Source: Antechinus flavipes (taxonomy: Eukaryota). Taken from it: a DNA stretch of 64,000 nt. Under the pieces are notes generated by a model, which saw nothing but the letters and a program-made list of their open reading frames with translations, searched no databases and was not told the origin of the DNA. Made by a program: the position numbers and the translations under genes. Each line of letters starts with the position of its first letter. Position 1 is the stretch's first letter. Shown here one piece after another: positions 50,286 to 62,419 of the stretch. The stretch is from NCBI RefSeq assembly GCF_016432865.1, contig NC_067401.1, forward strand, positions 38,936,001-39,000,000. Reading direction: 5' to 3'.

Positions 50286-53200
50286 CTAAAATACAGAATG
50301 CCACTTGGTAACTGGGAAGATCCACCCCACAGATATCTGCGGGGGAGAGCTATAAAATTCCATTAGCAGGTGCCTACTGTGTCCAAGTCACCATGCTAAA
50401 TACTAGAGAATGAGAGACAAAAATCAATCAGTCCCTGCCTTTAAGCAGCCGACATCTTTATTAGGGAGGCACATCATAGACACAGACAAGTAAATATAAT
50501 TTGTTAAGAACTGGTAGAAGGAGGAATCTGTCCATGTAAAAAGGTTGTGGGTGGGTGACCCCAGATCCTTGGAAAGCTAGAGATTCTGAGGGGGGAAAAA
50601 AGGGCCTTCCAGCCCAGGGCAGAAAGTCAAAAGATGGCACACTGAGTTTGGAGAACAGGAAGTGGACCAGTTGGGCTGGAACACAGTTCAGGAAGGGGAG
50701 TAATATAAGTCTGGGAAGGTAGATGGAAGCCAAATAATGGCAGACAGTTAAACATCACACTGAGAAGTTAGTATTTTATCTGCAGGTTGGAAAGAGCCAT
50801 CTAACAAGCAATATTGTCAGCCAGGTGGGGAAAACAGATGAAAAAAGGAGGGAAGCAATAAGACCACATGAGAAGCTCCTGCAATAGTCCAAGGAAAAAG
50901 TGATCAGACCCTGAACTTGGCTACTTCCTGAGAAAGAAGACAAAGAATGAGAAAGAGCTCAGTGTAGGAGAAATGACCAGACATGGGAGGGCTGAGGGCA
51001 AAGAGTCAAAAATGACTCAGAGGTGATGAACCTGTGTTACAGAGAAAATAGGGAAAGATTCAACAGAAAAAGTAAAGTCTGACTAAAGACACTGCACAGC
51101 AGTAGTTGGGGGAACAGGACAAGAGAAACAAGGCTTTTTTCCCCTCTTCATTTTAAGATAACTTCAGTGGGCTAGAGCTGAGCTCAGCCAATCAACAAGT
51201 ATTTATTACATACCTAATTATGCCAGACACTGTTCTAGGAACCAGGGATAAATACAGAGACAAGCCTGAAACAATTTGTCTTCAAGAAGCTGATGTTTTA
51301 TCAAAGTCTCTTTCCCTGGCCATACCTCCCCAATAATCACAAGATTAAGCTTAAAAATAAAAGACGGAGGTGGTAGTCTGCTAATTAGCCAAGGCCTCTT
51401 CTCAGCTACGGAGCCAAACACATCGGGATTCCAAAAGTCCACAAATGATCTGGCCCTCGGGGTAAACAAAATAGGGAGCTCTCCCCTTCTGATCCAGAGA
51501 CAGATAAGCCAGGCTGGGATTATCCCAGCATTTCAAAGAGAGGGAATTCCCACTGAACCATAAAGTGCTAAAGAGTGAGAGTCTAATCCACCATTAGTGG
51601 TCCCAGGACCCCAAGTCCTGTTGGTAGATCCAACAGTACCAACTGAGACATTGCTTTCAAAATGTCCTTAAGTCTTTTTTTCCATGGGGGACAGGGAGCT
51701 AGATCTGGAATCAGGAAGGTCTTGGTTTAAAGTCCACCTCTGGGACTTCCTACCTGGGCACAGAATCTAACAAGCCCTTTTCTCCCCTCTGCCACACTCT
51801 CCTCCCCTCTTAGCAGCATTTCTGCTAAAATTACACAGCACTTTTCTGGTACTTTTTCTGTATCCACAACAGAACATGGGAAGACTGAAATTATATAGGA
51901 GGAAGAACTTCCTTAGTATTGATTGGATAGGTAGGGAGATGATGTAGAAAAGGTTCTTTCCCCCGCCCCCCCCCTTTGTTTTTTTTCTTTCCTTTTAAAG
52001 TAAGAGAGAAAACCAATATTTTAGATTGGCTCAGATCTGGAAAGTTCATTTTAAAGATTAAAAAAAAAAAAAAAAAGCCTGACACCCAGGGACATGAAGT
52101 GACCTGCCTACACTATGAGCACTGACTGAGTCAAGGCTTAGACTGGAGGTCCCGCAGGCTTTCTAGCTCAGGGCTCTTTACATTTCATCATTACTCTGAT
52201 ATAAAATGACCCACGCTGGACCAGGCACAGGGGAAGGAGCCAGATGGCCTCTGAAGGGCCTGCCTAGGAGTGGGGAAAGTAGAATAACAGGCAGGTCGAG
52301 CTCCTCCCCAAGGTAGGTTCCGGGGAGGAACAGGAGACTTGGTATCCAGGCGGTTTTCTTTTGTCATGTTATCTCCCTTGTTTGTGGTTATCAAGGAAAG
52401 TTAAGCTCTCCAGCAGCAACCCCCACCTGGCAACAGTTATTGAGTGTTAATGGATTTTCATGGAATCGTGTACCTTGATTTCACACACACACACACACAC
52501 ACACTACCCCCTCCCTTCCCATTCATCCTCTCAACCAGAAATATAAACAAAGAAAGCGTATTTGTTAGAAAAGGTCAGAGGATCATTCAAACAAAACAGC
52601 AGGATGAGACAACTCACAAACGACTCTCAAATCCAAACCAGCTTCTCTTGTCGTCTAACTTCTGAGGGAAAACGTTTGGTTTTCTCAGTCCCTCAGACCC
52701 TCTCTCACCCACTTCATTTCACGACCCCCTCCACGGACACTTGGGTCCCAGCCAAACCGGTCTCTGGGCTGGTCCCTGTATGGGCCGCTCAAACTCCTGC
52801 CCTTGGGCTTTGTGCAGCGCTAGCCCTCCCCCGAACACTCTCCTTCCTCGCCCCTGGCTGCTGGGATCCCCGGGCTCCTTAAAAGCCCCGCTCAGGAGCC
52901 ACTCTTCCTAATGCAAGGCTTTTTTCTACTACCACTACTATTCCTAATGCTACTATAGCACCATGACTACTATAAGTACTGCTGCTACTGCCACGTACTT
53001 TTAACAAACGGTAGACATTTAATAAATGTTCACTGACTAAAGTAAAATTCAAATTCAGACCTTCTTAACTCAAAACCCAAAGCTCTAGAAACCTTTTTCC
53101 CTAAGCCAATTCCACCAGGTACTGGTATTCTTGAATCCCTGACAAGTTATTTTGTATCAGTGTGCTGCTTGTACCCCACTAAGAGAATGTTAAGCTTTTT

Positions 53201-53387
53201 GAGGACAAAAATTTTTTTGTCTTTACACCCCCTCCCCTAACATAGTTGCCTGGCTGTATACAGTAGAGGGTTAATACATGCTTATAGAATTAAAATGAAT
53301 GGTATTGATGAGGTCAAAGTTACCAATCTAATCCCTCAAAGGAAAGAAATATCTATTCCAAGGTCTCACTTCACTCTCAGAAAAGGG

Positions 53388-53653
53388 ACTCACAAATCCA
53401 TCCCCATCGCTGAAAATACACCACTGAAAGAGGACAGTGTGTCGCTGGTGTATAAATAGCACCCTGGGTCTCAATTGTCCTCGTCTTGCTGGCCAATGGG
53501 AGCTGGGCGTCTTCGCTCCAGCCACTTTTATGTGACCCACGGAAGGTGGTTAACCCAGAGAAACACCGCTCTCACGCTCCGGATTAAGCTCTTCCAGAAT
53601 TCTAAACAAGCGACAAGCTCTCCTGGCTGGCGGTGGCAAGCAAGGCTTAATCC
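53388..53653 (-). promoter_or_regulatory. Candidate internal promoter and short first exon in TUFT1 intron 7
   Basis: TATTTATA at 53458-53451 sits 33 nt before an Inr-like TCAGT (A at 53425). CCAAT at 53493-53497. Two GCTTAATCC sites. ATG GGG ATG GAT TT|gtgagt donor. Confidence 0.4.
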
Positions 53654-54372
53654 CAATCAGGAAAAGCAGCCCATCCAGCAGCAGCCCCCTCTTCCTCCTA
53701 TGCACGATACCTGTCGATTCTCCACTTGGAATTATAGCCAGCAAAGTTTTAGCCCCAGGCTCCATCCCTTCTCCATCCTTAAAATAGCAGAAGAGAGTAG
53801 GGGAGATAGACAGGACCCCAGAGATTATCTAGCTCTTCCCCTCTGGATTGCCTTTCTTCACTTTAAGATAGCGTAGACAAAATCTGACTGGTGCCTCATA
53901 AATGAGCTATCCCCTTAGTAAAAACCTCTCTCTTCAGAATGAAGTCATAAAGAAAACTTCATATTTATCCCTGATCATTCCAGAAAAACAAGTCATTTTA
54001 GAGACAAGGAAATTGAGATCTAAGTCAGCTCCTTGGTGTTCCCTTACTCTTCACTAATCTGGAGCTTTTGCCAAAGCAGAACCCAGTAAGCGCGAGGTTT
54101 GCCGGGAGGGCAGCGCCCACTAGTCCGTGAGCAGCGACGGCGGAGCCCACCCCGCCCTGACATTCTTACTTCCTTACCCTCCCCCAGCACCGTGACCCAG
54201 TCCCCGGGCCTCTGCTCCCCTCCTGCGGCCCCACTCGCCCCCTCTGTGAGATCCAGGCCCAGAGGGAACCTCGGGACCTTCACTGCCGAAGGCTGCGGTC
54301 TTTCTCAGCGGAACATGAGCTTCCAGCTAGCAGGAACTGGCTTTGCCTTCACCTTTATATCTCCAGGGCTCA

Positions 54373-54508
54373 NNNNNNNNNNNNNNNNNNNNNNNNNNNN
54401 NNNNNNNNNNNNNNNNNNNNNNNNNNNNNNNNNNNNNNNNNNNNNNNNNNNNNNNNNNNNNNNNNNNNNNNNNNNNNNNNNNNNNNNNNNNNNNNNNNNN
54501 NNNNNNNN
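54373..54508. other. Assembly gap (136 N)
   Basis: Run of N. Confidence 1.
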
Positions 54509-55450
54509 TTTTCACTTTTTTGTTTGCTATCTTTCTTGTAGTTTTTTCCCCTTTTGGTTTGATTTTTCTTGTACCACATGACAAATATAAAATATGTTTT
54601 AAAAGATTCTACATATTTAACTATATCCGATTGCTTGTTGGGGGGCGGGGGTAAGGAAAGGAAAAATGTAGAACACAAAGTTTTACAAAAATGAATGTTG
54701 AAAACTATACATATATTTGGAAGAATAAAACACTATTGGGAAATATTTGCGTTTCTTTGGAAGTCAGCTCCTCTGACTCAGCCTGAAGCTGGATTCTTGA
54801 GTCCCATTTTATCACAGGGGCAGCTCTAGCCCTCGCTCTGTTCCAGGACCCAACGCCTGTTCTCAGACCTGGGAAGCCGGCCATCTCCCCTCCAGCTCAG
54901 ACCCAATACAAGCCAGCTTGTGCAGAGACTGCACACTAACTCTGATGTTAGCCCAAGTCAAAGGTATTAGGAAAGAAAAGCTGGGGGACACCTGCGGCCG
55001 GCAGCAACGACTTCTGAGTTAGCCATCACTGGGACGACTCCTTGTCACTCTCCCTCCCCCCCGCCAGAGGGCACAGACTGCTGACTGCCACAGTGGCCTT
55101 GAGCGAAAGGTGACCGTACCTGCCCAAGGGGGAAAATCAGGAGGGGGCAGGGACATCTCCATCACTCCCCTGCCTTTCAATATGGCAGCACTGGGCAAGA
55201 GAAGGGCATGACAGAGCACGGAACACCGAGTGCCGCAAGCTCTCCATTACTCCCTCGGCTCCTAAAGGGGATCCTCCAGCCCCACGTGTCTTGCTGGCTC
55301 ATTCCTGCATTTCCAGGACTTGGCATATTTCCTGGCACAGGGTGAGCCCTTAAGAAAGGTTCTGTCTGGAGCAGCCTGAAGTCGGAAGACCTGAATGCAA
55401 AGCCAGCCCCCGACGCTCGCCTCCTGAATCAGCCCGGGCCAGTCACTTAC

Positions 55451-55468
55451 CTCCGCTTGCCCAGTCCG
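55451..55468 (-). other. Candidate 18-nt in-frame microexon (RTGQAE) in TUFT1 intron 7
   Basis: ctctccattcccttctccag|CGGACTGGGCAAGCGGAG|gtaagt, phase 0 at both ends, between exons 7 and 8. Confidence 0.4.
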
Positions 55469-55810
55469 CTGGAGAAGGGAATGGAGAGCCACCGCCCGAG
55501 TCTTTGCCAAGAGAACCCCCTTCGGGATCACAAAGACTCAGAACCAAACGGACATGACCCGTCTCAACATTTATACCAGGCCCGTGGCTCGGCACCCCGC
55601 CCTCCGGGAACCTGCCCTCTGCCGAGGCGAGGGGGTGCACACGAGCTGAGAACGTTAACGGGAGAATCACCCCGGGAGCTACGCTCTGCACCCAAGGCCG
55701 CCGTCATTCCGTGACACGGTCCAGACATGGCCAGGCCCATCAGGAGGATGGAGGGAGAGCAGAAAGGAGAAGACGGCAGAGACAGGCAGCGGGGGGCTAC
55801 AGCTCCTCAC

Positions 55811-55924
55811 CTCGAAATGGGTCCTGTCTGACTGGTGCTGCCTCTCGGCCTCCTGCAGCTTAGCCAGCAGCTCTCTGACGGTTTCCTTCAAGCTCTCGGG
55901 GTCTTCGCTGTGATGACCGCGCAC
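55811..55924 (-). CDS. TUFT1: TUFT1 exon 7, VRGHHSEDPESLKETVRELLAKLQEAERQHQSDRTHFE
   Basis: 114 nt. Acceptor ggttacag, donor GAG|gtgagg. Matches human ...ESLRKTVQDLLAKLQEAKRQHQSD..FE. Confidence 0.96.
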
Positions 55925-56387
55925 CTGTAACCAAGCACCGGCCGTTAGGGCAGGGGGCCCAAGATTAATGCAGCTATTCACGCGACTTGGGGGAAGGGGC
56001 GCACCGGGCAGCCTGCCCCCCAAAGGAAGCCCAGTCCACCAAAGAACTGGCCGGAGACCAGAGGTCCCAGAGGAGCCGACTCGCTGCCAGCTGCCCTTCA
56101 CCCCGGGGTCCTGAGCATCCGGGGACATCTTCAGCAGGGCGTTCTGCAGGGTCTTAAGGAAGGGAAATAGCACAGCACTAGAGAGCGGGACTGGAGGCAA
56201 GAAGGCCCGAGTTCCCTTGCCTTGGACACTCTCCAGCTCGAGGGCCGTGGGCAAGAACCTGAAACCAACTAGACCTGCTTCATGTAAAAGGAAAATAATG
56301 CTTGTGGGTAGCAACCCCTTCCACCCTTAAAGTCTGTGCGAAGCTCAGATTATATGTGTAAAATATCGTGTGTGTGTGTGTGTGTAT

Positions 56388-56820
56388 AAAGTGCTTTGTA
56401 AACTTTAATGTGTCATATGTCAATCATCTTTTTCTCAGCTAAAATGGAAAGATTTTAAGTGTTGTGTGAGAGAAATATTGTATATATATATATGTGTGTG
56501 TGTGTGTGTATAGTGCTTTATAAATCTTAAGGTGTCATGTCAATAATTATCCTGTTCTCAGCTAAAATGGAAAGATTTTATACACACACACACATATATG
56601 TAAAATGTTGTATATATGTGTTTATATAAGTGCTTTGTAAACTTCAAGGTGTCATGTGTTAATTATTCTGTTCTCAGCTAAAATAAAGATTATATATGTA
56701 TGTGTGTCTGTAAAATATTGTATCTATATATACATATATATATATTTATATGTAAAGTGCTTTGTAAACTTTAAGGTGTCATATGTCAATAATTATCCTG
56801 TTCCGGGTTAAAATGGAAAA
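56388..56820. repeat. Four-unit tandem array (about 117-127 bp): a MIR-tail-like core plus TA/TG microsatellite
   Basis: agtgctttgtaaacttta-gg/atgtgtcat...ctcagctaaaatggaaagatt recurs at about 56390, 56512, 56629 and 56756. Confidence 0.9.
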
Positions 56821-58222
56821 ATGTCAGAACCTCACATGTATCATGGTGAGCACACTGTTGGCCTTCCTCATTGGGTGTGGGCGGGGCTGGCTGGCAACAG
56901 GAGAGAATTCCAAACTCAAAATTTTTAAAAATGAAAGTTAAAAATATTTTTGAATGATATTTTTTCCCAATTACACGTAAAAACAATTTTTACCAATCTT
57001 AAAAATTTTTTTTAAATTCCAAATTCTCTCCCTCTCCCCCTTCCTGTGATAGCAAGCAAAATAACTTTTTAAAAATCAAAATTCATGGCTTTTCAAAATA
57101 AAAACTATTATGATGTTTTTGCAAAGGTCTTGCTCCAATTCGCAGTCAAACCATTCTTTCCTGAGGATAGGGACCAAATGACTCCCTCAACAAGGTTGAG
57201 GAGCCTTTTCCTCAGTGACATTAGAAGCGCCTTGAGGGTAGGGGCCACAATTCTCGCACTACGCTAGGGTGCCCCCAGAGCAGTCGTTTAAGCCTTTTTC
57301 ATCCTCCCCTATTGCCGGAGAGTGTTGGGGATTAGATGGGAAGCCGTCCCCCCCTCCTCCACACCCCCCTCCCAGCACGGGTTAGCTTGAGCTTGGCCAC
57401 ACCCAGCCGTGGGCTGGTAGTTAAGCTGAGCTGGCACGTAAGCTCGGAGCCCAAACTCTGCCATCCCACTGCCAGGGTCTTTAGCCCTGAGCCTCGAGGG
57501 GCTGGCAGGACGGACACTCAGCTGCAAGAAGAACCTGAGCTCCAGTCCTTGGTCCCTCGAGTCACGGAGCAGGTCCTTATTTGAGCCCCAGTTTCTCCAT
57601 CCACAAAACACAGAGAAGGAACCCCAGCCTCTCCCTGCCTCACAGGGCCGCCACAGAGATAAGAGCGATAAGATCGGCAGAGCTTTGAGTTTGTGAGAAG
57701 AAAGGGGCTAGAACAACATTAAGAGGTATCATTATAACTGGTTACCCCAACTGGCAGTCAAGTGCAGAGATAAAAGGGAGGTGGGGGAGGAGGAGGAGGA
57801 GGAGGGAGGTTCCAGAAAGTCCGTTTGGGCAGCTAGGGGCATAGTGGGCTGGGCAGTGGGCCCAGAAGGACTCTTACCAGCTGTGTGAGCCTGGCCAGTC
57901 ACCTCAACTCTGTCTATCTCATCTTCTTCAACTGAAATGGGGACAATAAAGGCATCCCCCCATTGTTGTGAGGATCAACTCAAATAAAATAGTCTGTCCG
58001 AGCGCTTGGGCCGACACAGAGACGACACAATATAAATGTTTCTTCTCTACCCTTCTCATCCCGACTTGTCTAAAGGGCATCCTCAGACTGGGCACATGGC
58101 TCACGTCCCAGCTCTACAAGAGGCCTAGAAGAGAAAGGAAGGCTCATGGGGAGCCCCCCATACCAGCAAGGGAAGAAGGGGCGGCCGGGTCCCCGAAGGA
58201 GCTTCTCTGGGCTGTTACCTAC

Positions 58223-58294
58223 CAGTATATCTGAGGGGCTCTTGTACAGTGAAGTGAAAGACTGCCTGAAGCCATTTGGCTCGTCCAACAGCAC
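58223..58294 (-). CDS. TUFT1: TUFT1 exon 6, VLLDEPNGFRQSFTSLYKSPSDIL
   Basis: 72 nt. Acceptor actttggacag, phase-0 donor CTG|gtaggt. Matches human VVLEKPNGFSQSPTALYSSPPE plus two extra codons. Confidence 0.88.
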
Positions 58295-58989
58295 CTGTCC
58301 AAAGTAAAAAATGAAGTCGGTCAGCTGGCACGGAGCAGCCTTCCCAGAAACCCGGGAGCCTTCCGGGACTCCAGAGAAACTTTCTAGAAATGAGGGGTGG
58401 GGGTTAGGGCTGGTATTGTGGGCGGCAGAGCAGAATGACCTAATCGCTTACTGGTACACTCGGAAAAACGAGAAACCAAAACCTTCCCAGCTGGGAAACT
58501 AGGAATTGGCCCCAATCTCCGGAGCTCAGCAAATACAAGCATCTGCTTGTAGCCAACACTAAGACTTTCCTCTGCCCTCAGAATTTCAAAAAAGCCTGGC
58601 ACAGACTGGGAGGAGAGGGCGCCGAAAAGCGGCACTTCCAGCCTTCTCGCTGGAGATCTCCTCCGTGGGGCTTTGGGAGCAGCTTCTGAACAAGGGGCAA
58701 GCTGCCCGCCGAGCAATCTGCCGGGGAATTCTCCGGGGCCCAATCTCAGGCCCAGGCTGGCTTCTCTCTACCTCCCTGCCGGGCCCCAGACTACCCAACG
58801 CCCTCAGTAACAACGCGTGTGCTTTGCCCAAAACGTAACCAGGAGAACACAGGCATTTATGTCAGAATACATACATACCCACTCATCCCTACACACACAC
58901 ACACACTCCTTCCTTTTGGACTGGATGTACCTTCTATATTTAATTTCACAAACATGTATTAAGTATGTGTTAGAAAAACTGACGGTCCT

Positions 58990-60500
58990 GACTCTCAAGG
59001 AGTTAACATTCTATTACCTGAATGAGACACACATATACAACATACACATCTGTCTGTCTCTATATATACACATAACACACACTATAATCTCTATATACTG
59101 TTACCTGGTTGCATACATATTCTAGTTTCTATCATATAAACACACACTCTACATAAATGTACATTATAACACATTCCGTTTGCACATAAATTTTATAAAC
59201 TGTATCATGTGTTTTCACATATATTCTAGTCACTATCATAGGACTATATATGCACACATTGCATTTGCACATATAATCTACAATCTATATCATATATAAC
59301 ACATAATATGTTTGCATGAAAATTCTACAATCTATATCACATGTTTGTGTTCTTCATATATAAACTATATAATCTTTTTTTTTTTTCAATAACTTTTTAT
59401 TGACAGAACCCATGCCAGGGTAATTTTTTACAACATTATCCCTTGCACTCACTTCTGTTCCGATTTTTCCCCTCCCTCCTTCCACCCCCTCCCCAGATGG
59501 CAAGCAATCCTTTACATGTTGAATGGGTTACAGTATATCCTAGATACAATATATGTTTGCAGAACCAAACAGTTTTCTTGTTGCACAAGGAGAATTGGAT
59601 TCAGAAGATAGAAATAACCCGGGAAGAAAAAAAAAATGCAAGCAGTTTATATTCATTTCCCAGTGTTCTTTCTTTTTGTAGCTGCTTCTGTCCATCCTTG
59701 ATCAATTGAAACTGAATTAGATCTTCTCTTTGTCAAAGAAATCCACTTCCATCAGAATACATCCTCAAACAGTATCGTTGTTGAGGTATATAATGATCTC
59801 CTCGTTCTGCTCATTTCACTCAGCATTACAAACTATACAATCCTTCATATATAAACTATATGTGTTCTCAAACATATTCTATGATCTATAACATATATAA
59901 TACATATTAGATTCTACAAGCTTTATCATGTTTGCACATATATTCTGCAATCTATATCATATACAAGGCATTATGTTTGCATATAGAGTCTATAAGCTGC
60001 ATCATATGTTTGCATGTGTTCTATGATCTATCATGTATAAAACATGTGTTCATGCCTATTCTATAATCTGTATCTATATCTCTGTGTGTGTGTGTGTGTG
60101 TGTGTATATATCCTATATAACATTATGTTTGCATATAGCTGGATCATATGTTTGCATATGTTCTACAATTCACCATACATAAACACAGAACATACATATT
60201 CTACAATCACATAACACATGTTCTACAATGTATCACATATATGTTCACAATCTAAATCTGTATCCCATAACACTGTATGTTTGCATACAGATCCTACAAG
60301 CTGTATCATGTTTGCATGCATGTTCTATAATCTAACGTGTGTTTGCACACATTCTACACTCTATGTCATATTGTGTTTGCATGTAGTTTTTACAAGTTGT
60401 ATCATTCGTTCTACATGTATATTCTACACCCAAGTAGTCACATATATATTCTGCAATCTGTTATCATTCACGTATATTTTTGTGTTTGCATGCACGTACA
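58990..60500. repeat. Degenerate AT-rich minisatellite
   Basis: Recurring gtttgca...ttcta(c/t)aa.ct(a/g)tatcat motifs, interrupted by the L1 at 59375-59829. Confidence 0.75.
59375..59829 (-). mobile_element. Young L1 3' fragment in TUFT1 intron 5
   Basis: Near-perfect 13-bp TSD aaactata(t/c)aatc at 59362-59374 and 59830-59842. Confidence 0.9.
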
Positions 60501-61765
60501 CATATGTGATGTCCACTAAACAGGAATAGTTTTCTCATCTGCCTCTTTGGGATGATTCTGATGACTTGAGCCACATCTCCCATCCATTAGGAAGACAAGA
60601 CTTGCGAGAAACGTTGGGCTCAGGCTCTACACTTGTAGGGGCTTTAGTTGTGGATCAGAGGTATCTCTAAGGTTCCCTTCAAGCTCTGGGATGTCCCAAC
60701 TTTAACTGTCAGCCCCCTGGTGGATCCCCTAGCTCAGGTTTGGCAGCTGAATTACAACGGCTGAGGACAAGTTGTGGGAGACGGCAGCATCTTAAGCACC
60801 CGCTGGCTGCGTGACGTTGTCTCAGTGACAAGAGCACCTTACCTTTCAGGACTGCAGTGAGGATCAAATGAGATAATAATTTTAAAGTGCTTCATACAAT
60901 GCGTAGTAGGTGCTACATACATACTTATTATTATTATCATCATCCTGGGAGACATGAGCCCCATTTCTGACGCTTTCTTGTTGGGTGCCAGGGGGCAAAT
61001 CACAATTCACCTTGAATCTAGAATGAGGGATAATAACGCTTGTTTTTATTGACTTCTCACATGTCTGTTAAGAGGATCCATGGAGATCATTTGTGGAGGG
61101 TACTCTGTAAACTTTAAGGGGATCAATGTCGGTTATTCATACAGAAACCAGGCTTTGATTGAGAGGACGGAAGGGTAGAAGGTGGGAAAAGGATTTCTGT
61201 CCTGGAGACAGCACTCTTTACCAATCTATTAAAATAAATGAACGAATGAAATAGTTCTGTAACTATACCAGTGGTCTTGCATTATTTATATGTTTACTAT
61301 GTGAAAATATGAATTTGGAAGCCAAATAGGCTAAGGAGGGATTATCCACCGTATGAAAAAAATTCATCACTTTACAGGAATTTTGAAATTTCTTTAAATT
61401 AGCAAACTTCCCTAGTGAATTTGAAAATTATGTAATTTACAGAAATTAAACTTTTATATAATTTTTTGAACTAGTACATTGCATGCATAATGAGGTCTAC
61501 CTAGCTATGTGTATGTACCTGAATGCAGGATGAGACAGAACTCGTGTGGGTGAGTGTGCACATGTGTGAGCACAGGTGTGCATACATTTGTCTCGGCTCC
61601 CTAGATTGTAAGCCCCCTGAGGGCAGGATTGCTGCATTCTTGTCTCCTCTCTCACCACATGATTCATAGAAGGTCATCCACAAATGCTAACTGATGTACA
61701 ACCCCATCTTTCCACTGAGAACCCAGCTGCCAGGAATAGGCAAGGAGACATTTCCCATTAGTTAC

Positions 61766-61855
61766 CTGCATCTCCTGTTGCTGAGGAAAGTCCCTTGAGT
61801 CTCTCTCAAGTTTGTTGCTTATATCTTCCCGAAGCTTCTGCAAACAACTCCTAGC
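61766..61855 (-). CDS. TUFT1: TUFT1 exon 5, ARSCLQKLREDISNKLERDSRDFPQQQEMQ
   Basis: 90 nt. Acceptor ccccaccag, donor CAG|gtaact. Matches human ARNCLQKLREDISSKLDR...QEIQ. Confidence 0.96.
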
Positions 61856-62419
61856 CTGGTGGGGAGGGCAAGTGATTTTTAGCTGAGAAAAGTGGGAAGG
61901 TTGGAGGGAATGGAATGCTCAGATCTATCTATTTATAGAGTTTCCATTCTCAGCCCATTCACTCAAAATACTCATGTCATCCAGAGGAATACTCAGGAGG
62001 GACAAATAGTTTGATTAGGTATTTTTGGAATACAGGGAATAAATCAAGTTCCCAATACCTCCACCATCTCACAAAAAAATCAAGAATTGACTATCTACCC
62101 TGATGAATAAGAAATCCATGTGCATCACCAAAAAAAAAAAAAAAAAAAAATCACCTGGATTAGTTTGGCCAGATTTACCTCGAGTTGTCATTTAAAAATA
62201 TTTGCATTCCCTAGAAATGATAATGGGGCAGGGATTGAAAAATAGAGGAATAGAGAAAATCGACAACCCATTACCTAAAATGGACAAAAGCTAATTAATC
62301 AAAATCAATAAGAATTTATCAGGTGTTAGGGTTTATCAGGTATACTGTGTTAGGCACTGTGGTAGGTATTGGGGATAGAAGGATAAAAATGAAATAGTTC
62401 TTGCTCCAGGGAGCATAAA

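Noticed and set aside
52618-52661. 44-nt exon-like segment (ttttccctcag|...TTT|gtgagt; KLDDKRSWFGFESR)
   Set aside because: It is phase 0 to 2, so it would frameshift between exons 7 and 8, and it gives an immediate stop after the candidate first exon. It could only be a poison or UTR exon, and I have no support for that.
53451-53876. Plus-strand TATAAATA driving ORF 53475-53876
   Set aside because: The CCAAT box would then lie downstream of the start site, and the ORF has no recognisable features. The spacing fits the minus strand better.
55679-56314. 211-aa minus-strand ORF
   Set aside because: It is only TUFT1 exon 7 read through into the flanking introns.
56388-56820. CRISPR-like repeat-spacer array
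   Set aside because: The context is eukaryotic, the spacers are microsatellites rather than unique sequences, the repeats are too long and variable, and there are no cas genes.
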